DNA of 64,000 bases from Vicugna vicugna (taxonomy: Eukaryota), in contig MU057887.1 in the NCBI GenBank assembly GCA_013265495.1, positions 569,985 through 633,984 on the forward strand, read 5' to 3'. Positions within the stretch are counted from its first letter, which is position 1. Each line of letters starts with the position of its first letter. Below are positions 38,451-50,622 of this stretch, one piece after another. The notes under the pieces are model-generated. The model did no database searches and was not told where the DNA came from. It saw nothing but the letters and a program-made list of their open reading frames with translations. The position numbers and the translations under genes are program-made.

Positions 38451-41290
38451 TTACTCAGCAAACCAAGAACCAGATAGATCCTAAACTGAATGAACAAAGA
38501 TAACAAAGATGATAGATACCAACCCTGAGGTGACAGAGATGTTAGATCATCTGACAAAGATTTCAAAGCACCCGTGATAAAAACGCTTTAACAAGCAACT
38601 GTGAAAATGCTCCAAACAAATGAAAAAATAGAAAGTCTCAGCAAAGACGTAGAAGATTTAAAAAGGAAAGCATCTGTGAGCCAGAAGACAGAACAATAGA
38701 AATGACTCCATGTGAACTACTGAGAGAAAACAGACTAGAGAAAAAATGAACAGAGTCTTGGGGACCTACGGGACAAAAGATCTAATGTTTATTACATCAG
38801 AGTCCTGGGAGAAGAAGAGAAAGAATGGAGCTGAAAGAGTAACTGAGAACTTCCAAAATTTGGCAAAAGACATAAATGTACACATTCAAGAAGCTGAGCA
38901 AATTTCAAGTATGACGAACCCAAAGAAATCCACACAAAGACACATCGCAGTCAAAATTTCAAATACTAAAGACAAAGAAAAAAATCTTGAAAGCAACGAG
39001 AGAGAAATGACACTTTACCAATAGGAGAAACAATTCAAATTATAGTAGATTTCTCATCAGAAATCATGAAGGCAGAAGGAAGTAGCATGACTCTAACAAG
39101 GGCTGAAAGAAAAAATTCGGAATGCTATACTCAGAGAAAATTTTCTTTAGAAATTAAAGGAAAACCAAGACATTATCAGATGAAGGAAAACTAAGAGAAA
39201 TTTTTGTCGGCAGACCCATCTGAAAAGAAATGCTAAAGAAATTTTTCTTAAAAGAGACAAAACAATAAAGCAAGGGGCTTTGGAACATCAGGAAAGCAAG
39301 CAAAAAATACAGGAAAACACAGTAGGCTTTCCTTCTCCTCTTGAGTTTTCTAAATTATGTTTGACTTAGAAGCAAAAATTATAACACTGTCTGATGTGGT
39401 TCTAAACGTATGTAGGGGAAATATTTAAGACAACCATAAATGGAAAGAGTAAAGGAACCTAAAGGGAGATGAGATTTCTATACTTCACTCTAACTGGTAA
39501 AATGATACCAATAGACTGGTAAGTTATGTATATATAATGCAATACCTAGAACAGCTACTGAAATGCTTAGACAAAACAGTATGTTAAGAAAAAAACTATA
39601 GACAAATAAAAATGGAGTTCTAAAAAATGTTCAGTTAACCCACAAAATGACAGGAAAAAGAAAACAGAAAAACAAAAATAGAGCAAATATAAAACAAAAA
39701 ACAAAAATGGCAGACTTAAGCCCTAACATTTTAATAATTACATTAAATATAAATGGTCATTTACCATTTAAGGAAAATTAAGAGACAAAAATTGGCAATG
39801 AGAAAAAGGAAATAGGCAGAGTGAATTTTTAAAATGACCCACCTACGTGCCATCTACAAGAAACCCACCTGCAATAACTAAGGCAGCTTGAAAGCAAAAG
39901 GGTAGAAAAGATACATCATGCAAATATTAATAAGAAAAGCACATGGGTATATTAATATCAGATGAAGGAGACTTCAGAGCAGTGTAAATTACCAGAGATA
40001 GAGCTTATCTGATGATAAAAGGACAAAGCCACTAATAAGACATATCAATCCTAAATGTGTATGCATCAAGGAACAGAGCTGCAAAATATGTGAAACAAAA
40101 AGTGATAGAAGAATGGAAAAATAGATAAATCTGTAATGACATGAAGATTTCAAAATTCATCTCTCAACAATTGATAGAACTAGACAGAATCTTAGTGAAA
40201 ATACAGAATTCAACAGTACTATCAACTAACAGAATCTAAACAACATTTAGAGAATGCCCCACGCAACAATAGCAGAACACACGTTATTTTAGCTGCCAAG
40301 AAACGTATACCAAGGTAGATTATATCCTGGGTCAAAACGTAAACTTCAAAAAATTAAAAGAATTGAAATTATTCGGTGTGTTCTCTAACCACAATGGAAG
40401 CCAACTAGAAGTTAATAACAAAAAGATAACAGGAAGATCTCCAAACACTTGGAGACTAAACCACACACTTCTAAATAATTGATGGGTCAACAAGAAAGTC
40501 TCAAGGGAGAAAAAAAAAAGTATACTGGACTGAATTACAATGAAAATACAATGTATCAAAATTTGTGAGAACAGCTAAGGCAGTGCTGAGAGGAAAATTC
40601 ATAGCACTAAATTCATATGTTAGAAAACAGGGAAAGTGTTAGATCAATAATCTAAGATTTCACCTCAAGAGTCTGTAAGAGGGAGAGCAAGAAACCCCAA
40701 AGCAAGCAGAAGGGAGAAAATATTAAAGAGCAGAAATTAATTAAATTGAAAATAGGAGACAGTAGAGAGAATCTGTGAAACAAAGAGCTGATTCTTTGAA
40801 ATGATAAAACTGACAAACCTAGCAAGACTGACAGATTTTAAAAAGAATGTATGAGTCACCAAAACCTGGAATGAGGTAGGGCATATCACTACAGACCCTG
40901 TAGACCTCTGAAGGATAGAAAGGGAATTCTGTGAGCAACTCTACACATAAACTTGCCACACTAGATGAAAAGGGGCATCTTCTCAAAAAACTCATACTAT
41001 CACAACTAATATGAAATAATTTGAACAGCCTATCACTATTCAGGAAATTGGATTTGTGGGTTTAAAACTCCTAAAAAAAGAAGCCTCTAGACCCAGACTA
41101 TTTTACTGAAAAATTCCACCAAGTAGTTAAAGAACAATTAATATTAATATTAATTCTATGCCATCTCTTCCAGAAAACAGAAGGAGGAGTGCTTCCCAAT
41201 TCATTTTATGAAGTTAGTGTTTTCTTGATATCAAAACGGGATAAAACAGTACAATAAAAAATGAAATACAAAACTACAGACCAATATCTC

Positions 41291-41550
41291 TTTTTAAAAT
41301 TGTTTTTTATTGAGGTACAGTCAGTTTACAATGCTGTGCCAATTTTTGGTGTACAGCACAATTCTTCAGTCATACATGAATATACATATATTTATTTTCA
41401 TATTCTTTTTCATCATAAGCTACTACAAGATATTGAATGTATTTCCCTGTGCTATACAGTATTAACTGTTTTATCTATTTTATATATACACCAGTCCGTA
41501 TCTGCAAATCTTGAACTCCCAGTTTATCCCTTCCAACCCTCCTCCCTCCG
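41291..41550 (-). mobile_element. Young L1 3' end, antisense
   Basis: 'ttttattgaggtacagtcagtttacaatg...tctgcaaatcttgaactcccagtttatcccttcc'; flanked by ccaatatc repeats at 41281 and 41551. Confidence 0.88.
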
Positions 41551-41613
41551 CCAATATCGTTTATGAATAAAGATTGAAAAACCTTAACAAAAATACTAGT
41601 AAGTAGAATTTAA

Positions 41614-41802
41614 CTATTATATATAAAATAGATAATCAGCAAGTTTATACTGTATAGCACCAGGGAACTAGATTCAATATCTTATAGTAATTTACAATGA
41701 AAAAGAATATGAAAGGAATATATATGTATGAGTAAAATATGTTGTACACCAGAAACTGACACAACACTGTAGACTGACTGCACTCCAACAAAAAAAAGAA
41801 GA
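41614..41802 (+). mobile_element. Young L1 3' end, sense
   Basis: 'tgtatagcaccagggaacta...acaccagaaactgacacaacactgtagactgact' plus A tail; 25-bp flanking repeat at 41589-41613 and 41803-41827. Confidence 0.9.
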
Positions 41803-42689
41803 AAAAATACTAGTAAGTAGAATTTAATGATGTATGAAAAGAATTACACACTGTGACCTAAGTCTCACATCTGTTAAAAAGTTAACTCAAAATGGATAAC
41901 AAACTTAAATGTAAAACGTGAAACTTAAATCATGGGAGAAAATCTTTGGGATCTAAGGCTAGGCAGAGAGTTCTCAGACTTGACACCAAAGACATTATCC
42001 AGAAAAGGAAAAATTCATAAATTTGACTCAATAGAATTTTAAAATTTTGCTCTGTGAAAAACTCTGTTAAAAAGAAGAAAAGATGAGCTAAAGACTGGAA
42101 GAAAATTTGCAAGCCACATATCCAACAAAGGACTAGTATCTTGAATCTATCAAGAATTCTCAAAACTCAACAATTAAAAAAAAAAACAAAAACCCAATGA
42201 AACAACTGAATTAGAAAATGGAAAAAAAAACATAAAGAGACATTTCACCAAAGAAAATATATAGATGACAAATGAAAACATGAAAAGATGGACAACATCT
42301 TTAGCCGCAAGGAAAATGCAAATTAAAAACATTGTGGGATGTTTTACTACACACCTATCAAAATGGCTAAAATAAAAAATAGAGACAACACCAGATTCTG
42401 ATGAGGATGTGGATAAACTGGCTCATTCACACATTGCTGATGGGAATGTCAAATGGTACAGCCGTTTTAGAAAACAATTAAGCAGTTTCCTAAAAAATTA
42501 GTCAACTACCACGTGCTCCAGCAATTGTCTTCCTGGGTATTTATCCCAGAGAAATGAAGACTTATGTTCACACAAAAGCCTGTACACCAGTGTTTAGAGC
42601 ACTTTTACTTTTAATGGCCAAAACCCAGAAACGGCCATGATATTCTCCAGAATTCACTGAGCATTCTCACTGTCCGTCTGTGTGAATGA

Positions 42690-43620
42690 CCTTTATCAGG
42701 ATGAGGAGCTCCTTTCCATTCTTAGTTTTCTGAGACTTTTTTTTAAATCATAAATGGATGTTGAATTTGTTAAATTTTTTTCTTTATATATACAGAAATG
42801 ATTATATGATTTATGTCAATGTAGTGAACTACATTGATTAATTTTTTATTGAAGTATAGTTTGTTTACAATGTTGTGTTAATTTCTGATGTACAGCATAG
42901 AGATTCAGCTATACATACATGTATTCCTTTTTGTTTTTTTTCATTATAGGCTATTACAAGGTATTGAACATAGTTCCCTCTGCTGTACAGGAGGTCCTTG
43001 TTGTTTATCTATTTTATACATAGAACTCCCACTTTATCCCTCCACCCCTCACCTTCCCCACTGATAACCATAAGTTTGTTTTCTATGTTGGTTAGTCTGT
43101 TTCTATTTTGTAAATAAGTTCATTTGTGTCGTTTTTTTAGATTCCACATATAAGTGATGTCATATGATATTTGTCTTTCTCTGTCTGGCTTAGTTCACAT
43201 AGTATGATGATCTCTAGGTCCATCCATGTTGCTGCAAGTGGCATTATTTTATTCCTTTTTATGGCTAAGTAGTATTCCATTGTATACATACCATATCTTT
43301 ATCCAATATTAATTCTTCAATGTTAACCCTACTCTTTATTTATGTGATAATTCCAACTTGGTCATGATGCATTTTCCTTTCTACATCTTACTAGGTTTGA
43401 TTTGATAGTATCTTGTTAAGGATTTTTTGTGTCTATCCTCATGAGGATGCTGAGCTGTAATTTCCTTTTCTTGTAGTATCCTTGTCTGGTTTTGGTACGA
43501 GAGCAATGCTAGCCTTCTAAAATGGGTTGAGAAGTATTCCCTCTATTTCTATTCTCTAAAGGAGTTTGTGTAAAATTGATATTATTTTTTCCTTAAATGT
43601 TTAATATAATTCACTTACTA
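42690..43620 (-). mobile_element. Old antisense L1 ORF2 fragment with a younger L1 3' end inserted at about 42840-43305
   Basis: 'ataaatggatgttgaattt', 'tccttgtctggttttggta'; insert 'ttttattgaagtatagt...ttagattccacatataagtgat'. Confidence 0.85.
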
Positions 43621-46600
43621 AGCTGAATCTTCCCTTTAACCCTCAATCCCTCTGCCAATATGGTAGGTACTTAGTACATGTGGAATGAATACATTTGTGC
43701 TTCTAGACCAAGGGTTACAAATTCAAACGGTTTCAAGACTGGGCCAGTAACATAAATAGGTGAAAACACCTGTGAACAATAGGGAGCAGTGGGGTCTGTG
43801 GCTAAAGAGCAAAGCATTTACAGTCAAACTTTAAAAAACTTATGTGTGAATCTTGCCTGCAGACCTTTGGTTTGCAACCCTTATAAAGCAATTCTGAGTC
43901 CATGTTTTCTTAAGACACAGAAAAGATGTTAGAGAACAGTGTCTGAGGCCTATCATATGTAGAAATGTATATATGTGGCTCTGTTTGTTGCTCTCCTTGC
44001 ATCAGTTCACCCTCCTCCCCTGCCTCATTTCTCTTTTCCCTCTCACGTTTACAACCCTGAGATCGCAAGCTTCCAGGAAAGCATCAGTATGCTCAGGAAG
44101 AAAGTTGGGGGAGGGGAGAGTCATGCTGTCATACAGCCATTGCCTGGCCAAGTCCTAGGTACTTATCTAAAGGGAGAGGCAGATAAGAAATGCCTGGCGA
44201 TGTTATCAGTCCAGGTGCAGTCAGGCTTCGTGCTGGCAGTGCACAGTCTCGGGGCAGCATTTCCTGGCTAGCCGGCCAGACGTGTGCATGTGCTGGAATT
44301 CTCTCTGGGGTTGCCTTGATGCCTTCGCTTATACCCCCCAGTGCTTGGGGAGCAGATTCATTGAAAGAGTTCATAGTACTTGTAGTCATTCATGCTGGGA
44401 TGCTGGAGCCCTTCTCCCCTGTCTCTTCATCTTCTGAGCTGCACTCCTGGAAAGGGTCAATTGGCAGATTTGACAACGTGTTCGTCCTGGGTGGGGCCGT
44501 GTGCTGAGTGCCCAGGGCTGAGCTGGACATAGTCCTGCCCGAGAAACTCAGGACTGCACACCATCAACATAATGACTAGAGACCATCAAAGAGAAACATT
44601 ATGAAATAAACTCCTGCTCTGTTTCGAAAGGCAAGGAAATGTGTTCTGCATTTTGGAAATCTTTCCATTCAACTGTCAAAATAAAGAAGCAAAGGCTTGC
44701 TGCTCAGAGGGATAAACTTCAAAACTGGGGGAAAATCTCTCACAGGGAGCTGGCTCTTTTCCAAACCCACTTGATCAATGAGTGGTTACTGCTGTGGTGT
44801 TTTTAAAGGGGAATTAAAATGTTGTTCTATTAGAGCACAGAAGGTCAGAACGAACATGGCCCCTCATTTTCAGGCTTCGTGATGACTTCACTGTTTAAAA
44901 CAAAATTTTTTTTTTTGGATCAGCTCTAAAGTCTTGTGAATTCTTTATAACTCTGAACAAATTCTTACTTGTTTCTCTAAAATAGATCTCGTATCTTTAT
45001 GGGCTGTTTCATTTTTCCATTGAAGTTTGAAAAATATATTTTGAATTTTCCCTGGCTTCAGGATGAAGTCATAAGACCTCAGAATTGCCAACAGATGCTA
45101 TCTTGCTAGAACATGAGTGTGTGGGGAAGTTTTATGAAAGTGATTTTCGTGTGTAGAAAAAGATTAGGCATGTATAAAACCTGCCATAAAAAGTACGCAC
45201 ATTCTCCAGGGAATGTCTCAGATTTGATTTCAGGGTTCACTCTTGCGTAGATAACGATGGTCTTTAATTTATACACTTCTTTGGCAGTGAGGAGGGCTTG
45301 TTTTTGTGTGTGTGTTTGGCCTGCGTCTCCACTGTGATTCTAAATTGTCAAAATTTAAACCTGGAAAACTGGTATTTGAGATTAGGCATAAAATTATGAG
45401 ATCATATACCCCTAAGATTGTTCATGCATCTTGGATAATCTCAGCTCCAATGTTCTTTTACGCCAATAATGACCACGGACTGGGAGCAGTGCAGGTTGTT
45501 AAAAGTGCTTGCCAAACTTACTTCTAAAGCTTAACCCCGTCAGGGGGAGAAGAAAAGAAACAGCATTACGGCACAGTGGCTTGAAAGCAGTCTGCCCCAT
45601 GGTTGGCCCCCGGATGTTTCTCATCGAGTATCTTCCCCAAGGGCAGGCCTGGGACTCATTCATTTCTCCATTTTCAGTCCTTAGCTCAAAGTCAGACGGC
45701 GTTAGATGCTTAGTAGGTATCAGCTGATAATGTTTGATATTAAGAGATGTGTTAACTGGACGGGTCTTCAGGAGGCGGGCCCGTGCCTCAGGACAAAGGA
45801 TGCTGTATTGCCTTTCACTCCCAAGATGGACTTTTGGAACTTGGAGCAGAGGCTGTGCCTTGAAATCCAAGGAGCTGCTTTGCTTGGAGGGAGAGACTTC
45901 AGAGAGGGCAGAAGAGAGCTCTGACGCTGGCGAGTTCCTGGGTGGGGCCTGTGCCCTGCTCCCCGGCCCTCCCTCAGAACTTGGGGGGGCAGTGGAGTCC
46001 CAAGAGGCATCCTGAGGTGGGGGGACTTCCCCTCTCGGAGGCCCTGGGCTGTGGGGGTAGGTCGCCTCCTGGAGGTCGGTGCAGAGAGGACTTGCTGGTG
46101 GCTTCTGTCTGGAACAGCCTTCTCTCTTCCCCAAGTGGCTGTCACCTGTTCTTCATCTCCAGTCAGATGTCACTCTCTGGGATGACCACCCTGCCCCCTA
46201 GTCTGGGTTACCTTCCTCTTCTCCTCTGGGTCTCCTTGTTCCCCGTGCGTCTGTCGTAAACCAATCACATGGTGTCACAGTCCTCGGTGTCATTCATAGC
46301 CTGTGGGCTCCTTTGGGAGGGACCACGTCTCCAGGGATCATGGTGTCTCTGTGATCAGAACAGGGTGTGCCCCTCCCTCTGCTCACCCCAATTTATCATC
46401 AAGGTTCTACTGAAGAGCATGTATTCTCCCCACTCCCACCCCCGGCTGCTTTAAATACTTTTCTTTGTTTTTCAAAAGTGTGACTATTCTGGGCTTAGAA
46501 TGTGGTTTTCTTTGTGTTTACCCTGTTTGAGTTCATTTTCCTTGTGGTGTACTCTGTCTCATCTGCTGTTGAAACTTTCCCTTGAATTCTTCTTATTTCA

Positions 46601-46982
46601 GTTCTACGATGTCAGTTCGGTTATTTGGTTCTTTTTCTCTAAAGATTCTCGTTTCCAATTGAAAATCTACCTTTTGGTATTTTGCCTAAGTTCTCCTTTA
46701 GTTTCTTGGACATATAAATCATTATTATTTTAAATTTCTTATCAGCTAACTTCAGTATCTGGGTCAACGGTGCTTATGTATCCTTTCCCTGTCTTTTCTG
46801 TTCATTGCTTGTCATATTTTCTTCACTATCTTCATGCCTAGTAATTTTAGTGGAATGCTAGACATTGTGTGCAGAAAGCAAGGAGGCGCCAGGAGACTTT
46901 ATCTCTCCTGGGGATGGTTCCTCCTCACCTGTTAAAAAATATTCCTGCTTATGTGAAAAAAGCTAAGTACAAAGCTGTTCCT

Positions 46983-47157
46983 GGAGGGAGCAGCCAAGAA
47001 GGCAGAGCAGGACACTCGTAGCTTACCTTCTCCCACGAGTACACCAAAAGAGACATCCACGGACCCACCCATTCACTCAGAACACCACTGAACTTGGACA
47101 GAACATTGCCTTCTTCAAAAGACAAAATTCCTCACAAATCTGGCAGGAAAAAAAAAA
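46983..47157 (+). mobile_element. L1 5'-terminal fragment ending in an A tract
   Basis: 'ggagggagcagccaagaaggcagagcaggac...cttaccttctcccacgagtacaccaaaa' resembles laurasiatherian L1 5' ends (gccaagatggcggagtagga...). Confidence 0.55.
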
Positions 47158-47297
47158 CCCAACTGTCCCAGTTGGAAGAGGGGGAGGGATTGAGATACAA
47201 TTCACATACTATAAAAGTCACCATTTTAAAGTGTGCAAGTCAGTCGTTTTCAGTATATTCACAGAGTTGTACAACTATCACCACTATATAATTTTAA

Positions 47298-47480
47298 GGG
47301 GGGAGGGTATAGCTCAGAGGGGGAGGGGATAGCTCAGAGGGGGAGGGGATAGCTCAGTGGGGGAGGGTATAGCTCAGAGGGGGAGGGGATAGCTCAGTGG
47401 GGGAGGGTGTGCTCAGGGTGCACGAGGTCCTGGCTTCAGTTCCCAGTGCCCCTGTTAAGGGGAAAAAAAAGTAGAAAAAA
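47298..47480 (+). mobile_element. Camelid-type SINE with a tandemly amplified 20-bp head
   Basis: (gggggaggg[g/t]atagctcag[a/t]) x5 plus one degenerate copy, then 'gcacgaggtcctggcttcagttcccagtgcc' and A tail. Confidence 0.9.
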
Positions 47481-50294
47481 GAATGTCTCCTACATAGTTT
47501 CTCCACACACTTTCTAAAAAAAAGTCATGCTTAAGTGATAAAACTAAATACACAATTGTACCTACACCATGATTTCAGCTGTAAAAATCCTTCCTGCCAG
47601 CGAACAAGAACTAGAGGGGAAGATGGGAAGATCAGCCCAGTGGGGGACGGTGGTGGGCTGTCTGCTTTTCTTGGGCTTCTGATTCAACATGATTAACGTG
47701 GTTTATAGGATTTTCAGAAATGTCCTTTTGGAAATTCAGGTGTGGCTGTGCAGCTGCACCTGAGGTCAGCTTGCAAGATAGTGTCCCAGGTTCCTGTAAG
47801 TGGGCCACTGCCCCCAACAACGTCCACGCATTCTCTGTTGGAGACTCCACACTCCTCGTCTGGCCCCTGTCTTTCTCCTCACTGAGACTCTTAGAGAAGT
47901 TAGGGGGAATTCACCTCGTTGGCCCGTTCTCGGGTGCTCTGGTGAGCTGAGCCCCAGGCTGGGGGCAGGAGAGCTGGGGGAGGGGAGCAGCAGGCTCCGC
48001 CCTCAGTGGCTGCAGGACACCTGGTAAACCCTTGGCCTTCCTGAGCCTCAGCTTCTCCATCTGTCAAGTGGACACAATAACTCTATGTCACAGGGTTGCT
48101 GAGGACTCAGGGCCGTGCTGTGTGCGGCTGGCCAGAGCTTGGCTAAGTCGACATTTGAGCCGTGGGGTCCACGGGTGTGAGTGGACAGCGGCTGCAGGGG
48201 CTCAGGCCACTGGTGGAGGATCACATGCGTGGGCCACAGCATGCTGGGGCGATCTGATCAGACACATTCACAAGCAGTCCTCTCTGCTCAGGCCCTGTGC
48301 TCCCACGGGATGCTAGACATGGGGGATCACAGGAATGTGTGCTTGCTCCTGAGCGGGGGTCCCTGGGGTGTGCAGAGGGCAGCCCCACCCAGTGGGGAGA
48401 GAGATGGGCAAGGGGTCGGTGCCCAGGCAGGCTGGCGCGCATGAGACCCAGGGGGGATGCCCCGTGGACACCGCGAGGAGGGCTGGGGTGGAGGAGGCCT
48501 ACACCCCACCAGGCCCACAGACCACTCAACCTTACCCAACGTCCAACCCCGAAATTCCAGAGGGAGTTAAAGGCATTTGGTGGTCTGAAGCACCAGAGCG
48601 CGTAAAGCATGCTCACAAAGTCAGCCTCGTAAACTGGGAAATCCGAGACACAGGCTGACTTTTTCCTGTGTCAGGGTAAACACCACACTTTTCATGTTAG
48701 GACTGAAACTAAAAGCACAGATAAGGTCAGAGCCCCCTGTGGTGGTGAGATGCACTTAGATGTTCATCTCGGATCCTGAAGCTTCTGTCTGTCGTCAGGG
48801 CAGGTTGGACGGCAGGGCTGCGGGGTCCCACCCCCTCGTTACACTGCTACTGAGACAGTCCGGATGCTTGGGGTACACTCTGAAGGGTGAGGATGGATTT
48901 GCCGGGAGAAGAAGGGCTTGTGGGGGAGGGAACCACAGCCTCAGGCAGAGGAAGGATATTTCATGACCGAATGGAAACTCTGTTCCTCGTAGTGTCTGCT
49001 CCACGAGGGCAGGATGTGGTCCGTTTGGTTCATATCTGCACCTAGGACAGCACCTGGCACATAGTAGGTGCCGATAAAATACTTGTTGGGTGAATGGATG
49101 ATCAAGCCATTCGCTGGGTATGCAGTACCCAGAGAGAAGAGGCTGAAGATGAAACTGAAGGAAACAGGGCAGAGTGTCCCAGGGCCTCACGTGGTGGTCT
49201 GAGGTCCTGGACGTGGTCCTGCAGACAGCGGGGAGCTGGCTGAGAGGCAGCAAGGTCCCTCTGCTATTGCCGGACTGTCCCGGGCTCTGTGGGAGGGAGC
49301 GGCCGGTGTGGAGCTGGCCGGACCCTGGGCAGTGCCACGGCCACAAACATTGCAGTCCTCCAGGACAGCCCAGGGGCTTGGCTGGGTGTCTTCCTGTAAA
49401 GCTTGTGGTGTGTAAGGCTTCTCCTGGCACCACCCACCACAGGGCCACACCCACCGCAGCGCCACATGGCAAGAGGAGACTGGAAGCCATCCTGAGCAAA
49501 GCCAAGTTGCTCGAAGAAAGGTGAGGGGCCAGCCTGGGGAGGAAGAAGCCAGGCCTGGCCGCCAAGTGGGAGACGTCAGAGGAGGCCACCTTGTGCCCTG
49601 AGCAGAGCATGCACCTGGATGCCAGTGGACATCCAAGCCCCAGGGCCTCCCTCTGGAGAATGGCAGCTCCCAGCCCACCGGCTTCTAGGAGGCCCAGAGC
49701 TGGCGCTGTGCCAGCCCGTGGCGTAGCACCTGGCCCCAGGTCGGGGCTCTGTAAAGACACACCGGCATACAGCTGGAAGCAACACAGGAATGCCAGGCCC
49801 AGCTGGAGGGGCCAAGGCCACTCTCCAAACCTTTGCTGTTCTTTCTGCCTTGGGCGCCTCTCCCCTCCCATCTCTGCCAGCAGAGGAGCTCTGCGTCCTC
49901 TCCCCAGCTCACGTTTCAGGGTCTCCATGAAGACTTCCAAGATCAGCTCTCCCCTCCATCGTCCCCCCCCACCCCCCGCCTTCCTCTCCTCCTCCATCAT
50001 AGTTAACACTTACCTTACTGGTCCCATCGCTAAGCACAGGTCTAGAAGCTTCACATACAGTATCCAATGTAATCCTCCCAACACCAGTAACACCAGTTTG
50101 AGGGCACTGTCGACAGCCTTTTTTGTAAAGAAGCCACTGCAGCTCAGAGCAGGTGAGTGACTTGCCTAAGGTCAGCCAGCCAGCGAGGGGTGGAGGCAGC
50201 GTTTTGACAAGAGGCGGTGAGGACAAAGCTTGCTCCTAGCCATCAGGGGACACTGCCAGGTGAGACAGGGGACTGTGGTCTCTAACACCGTCCC

Positions 50295-50622
50295 AGACAC
50301 AAGTGAACTTTTTTATAAAACAGAAACATACTCTCAGACATAGAAAATAAACTTGTGGTTACCATGGGGGAAAGGGGATGGGAAGGGATAAATTGGGAGT
50401 TCGAGATTTGCAGATATGAACTACTATATATAAAATAGGTAAACAACAAGGTCCTACTTTATAGCACAGGAAGTATACTCAAATCTGGTAGTAACCTATA
50501 ATGAAAATGAAAAAGGATACGAAAAGGCATGTATGCATGTATATGTATGACTGAAACATGATGCTGTGCACCAGACACCGACACGACATTGTAAACTGAC
50601 TCTACCTCAATAAAAATAATTA
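50295..50622 (+). mobile_element. Young L1 3' end
   Basis: 'gggaagggataaattgggagttcgagatttgcaga...cattgtaaactgactctacctcaataaaaa'. Confidence 0.88.

Larger units (their letters stand above)
37320..42640 (+). mobile_element. Large ancient L1 (L1MC/L1M-type) retaining 5' UTR, ORF1 remnant, ORF2 endonuclease and C-terminal parts, with younger inserts
   Basis: ORF1-like 38746-39024 (ENFQNLAKDINVHIQEAEQ...PKKSTQRHIAVK). ORF2 start 'atggcagacttaagccctaac...attacattaaatataaatggt' near 39707. Degenerate repeat units in the 5' UTR at 37740-38210. Confidence 0.88.

Noticed and set aside
38746..39024. 92-aa ORF as a possible gene
   Set aside because: Remnant of L1 ORF1.
47298..47417. Regular 20-bp direct repeats resembling a CRISPR array
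   Set aside because: No spacers, mammalian DNA, and the unit is a SINE head.
48795..50009. 404-aa minus-strand ORF
   Set aside because: GC-rich, non-ATG start, runs through an L2 3' end near 49000-49100 and has no recognisable domain. Small parts could still be exon remnants.
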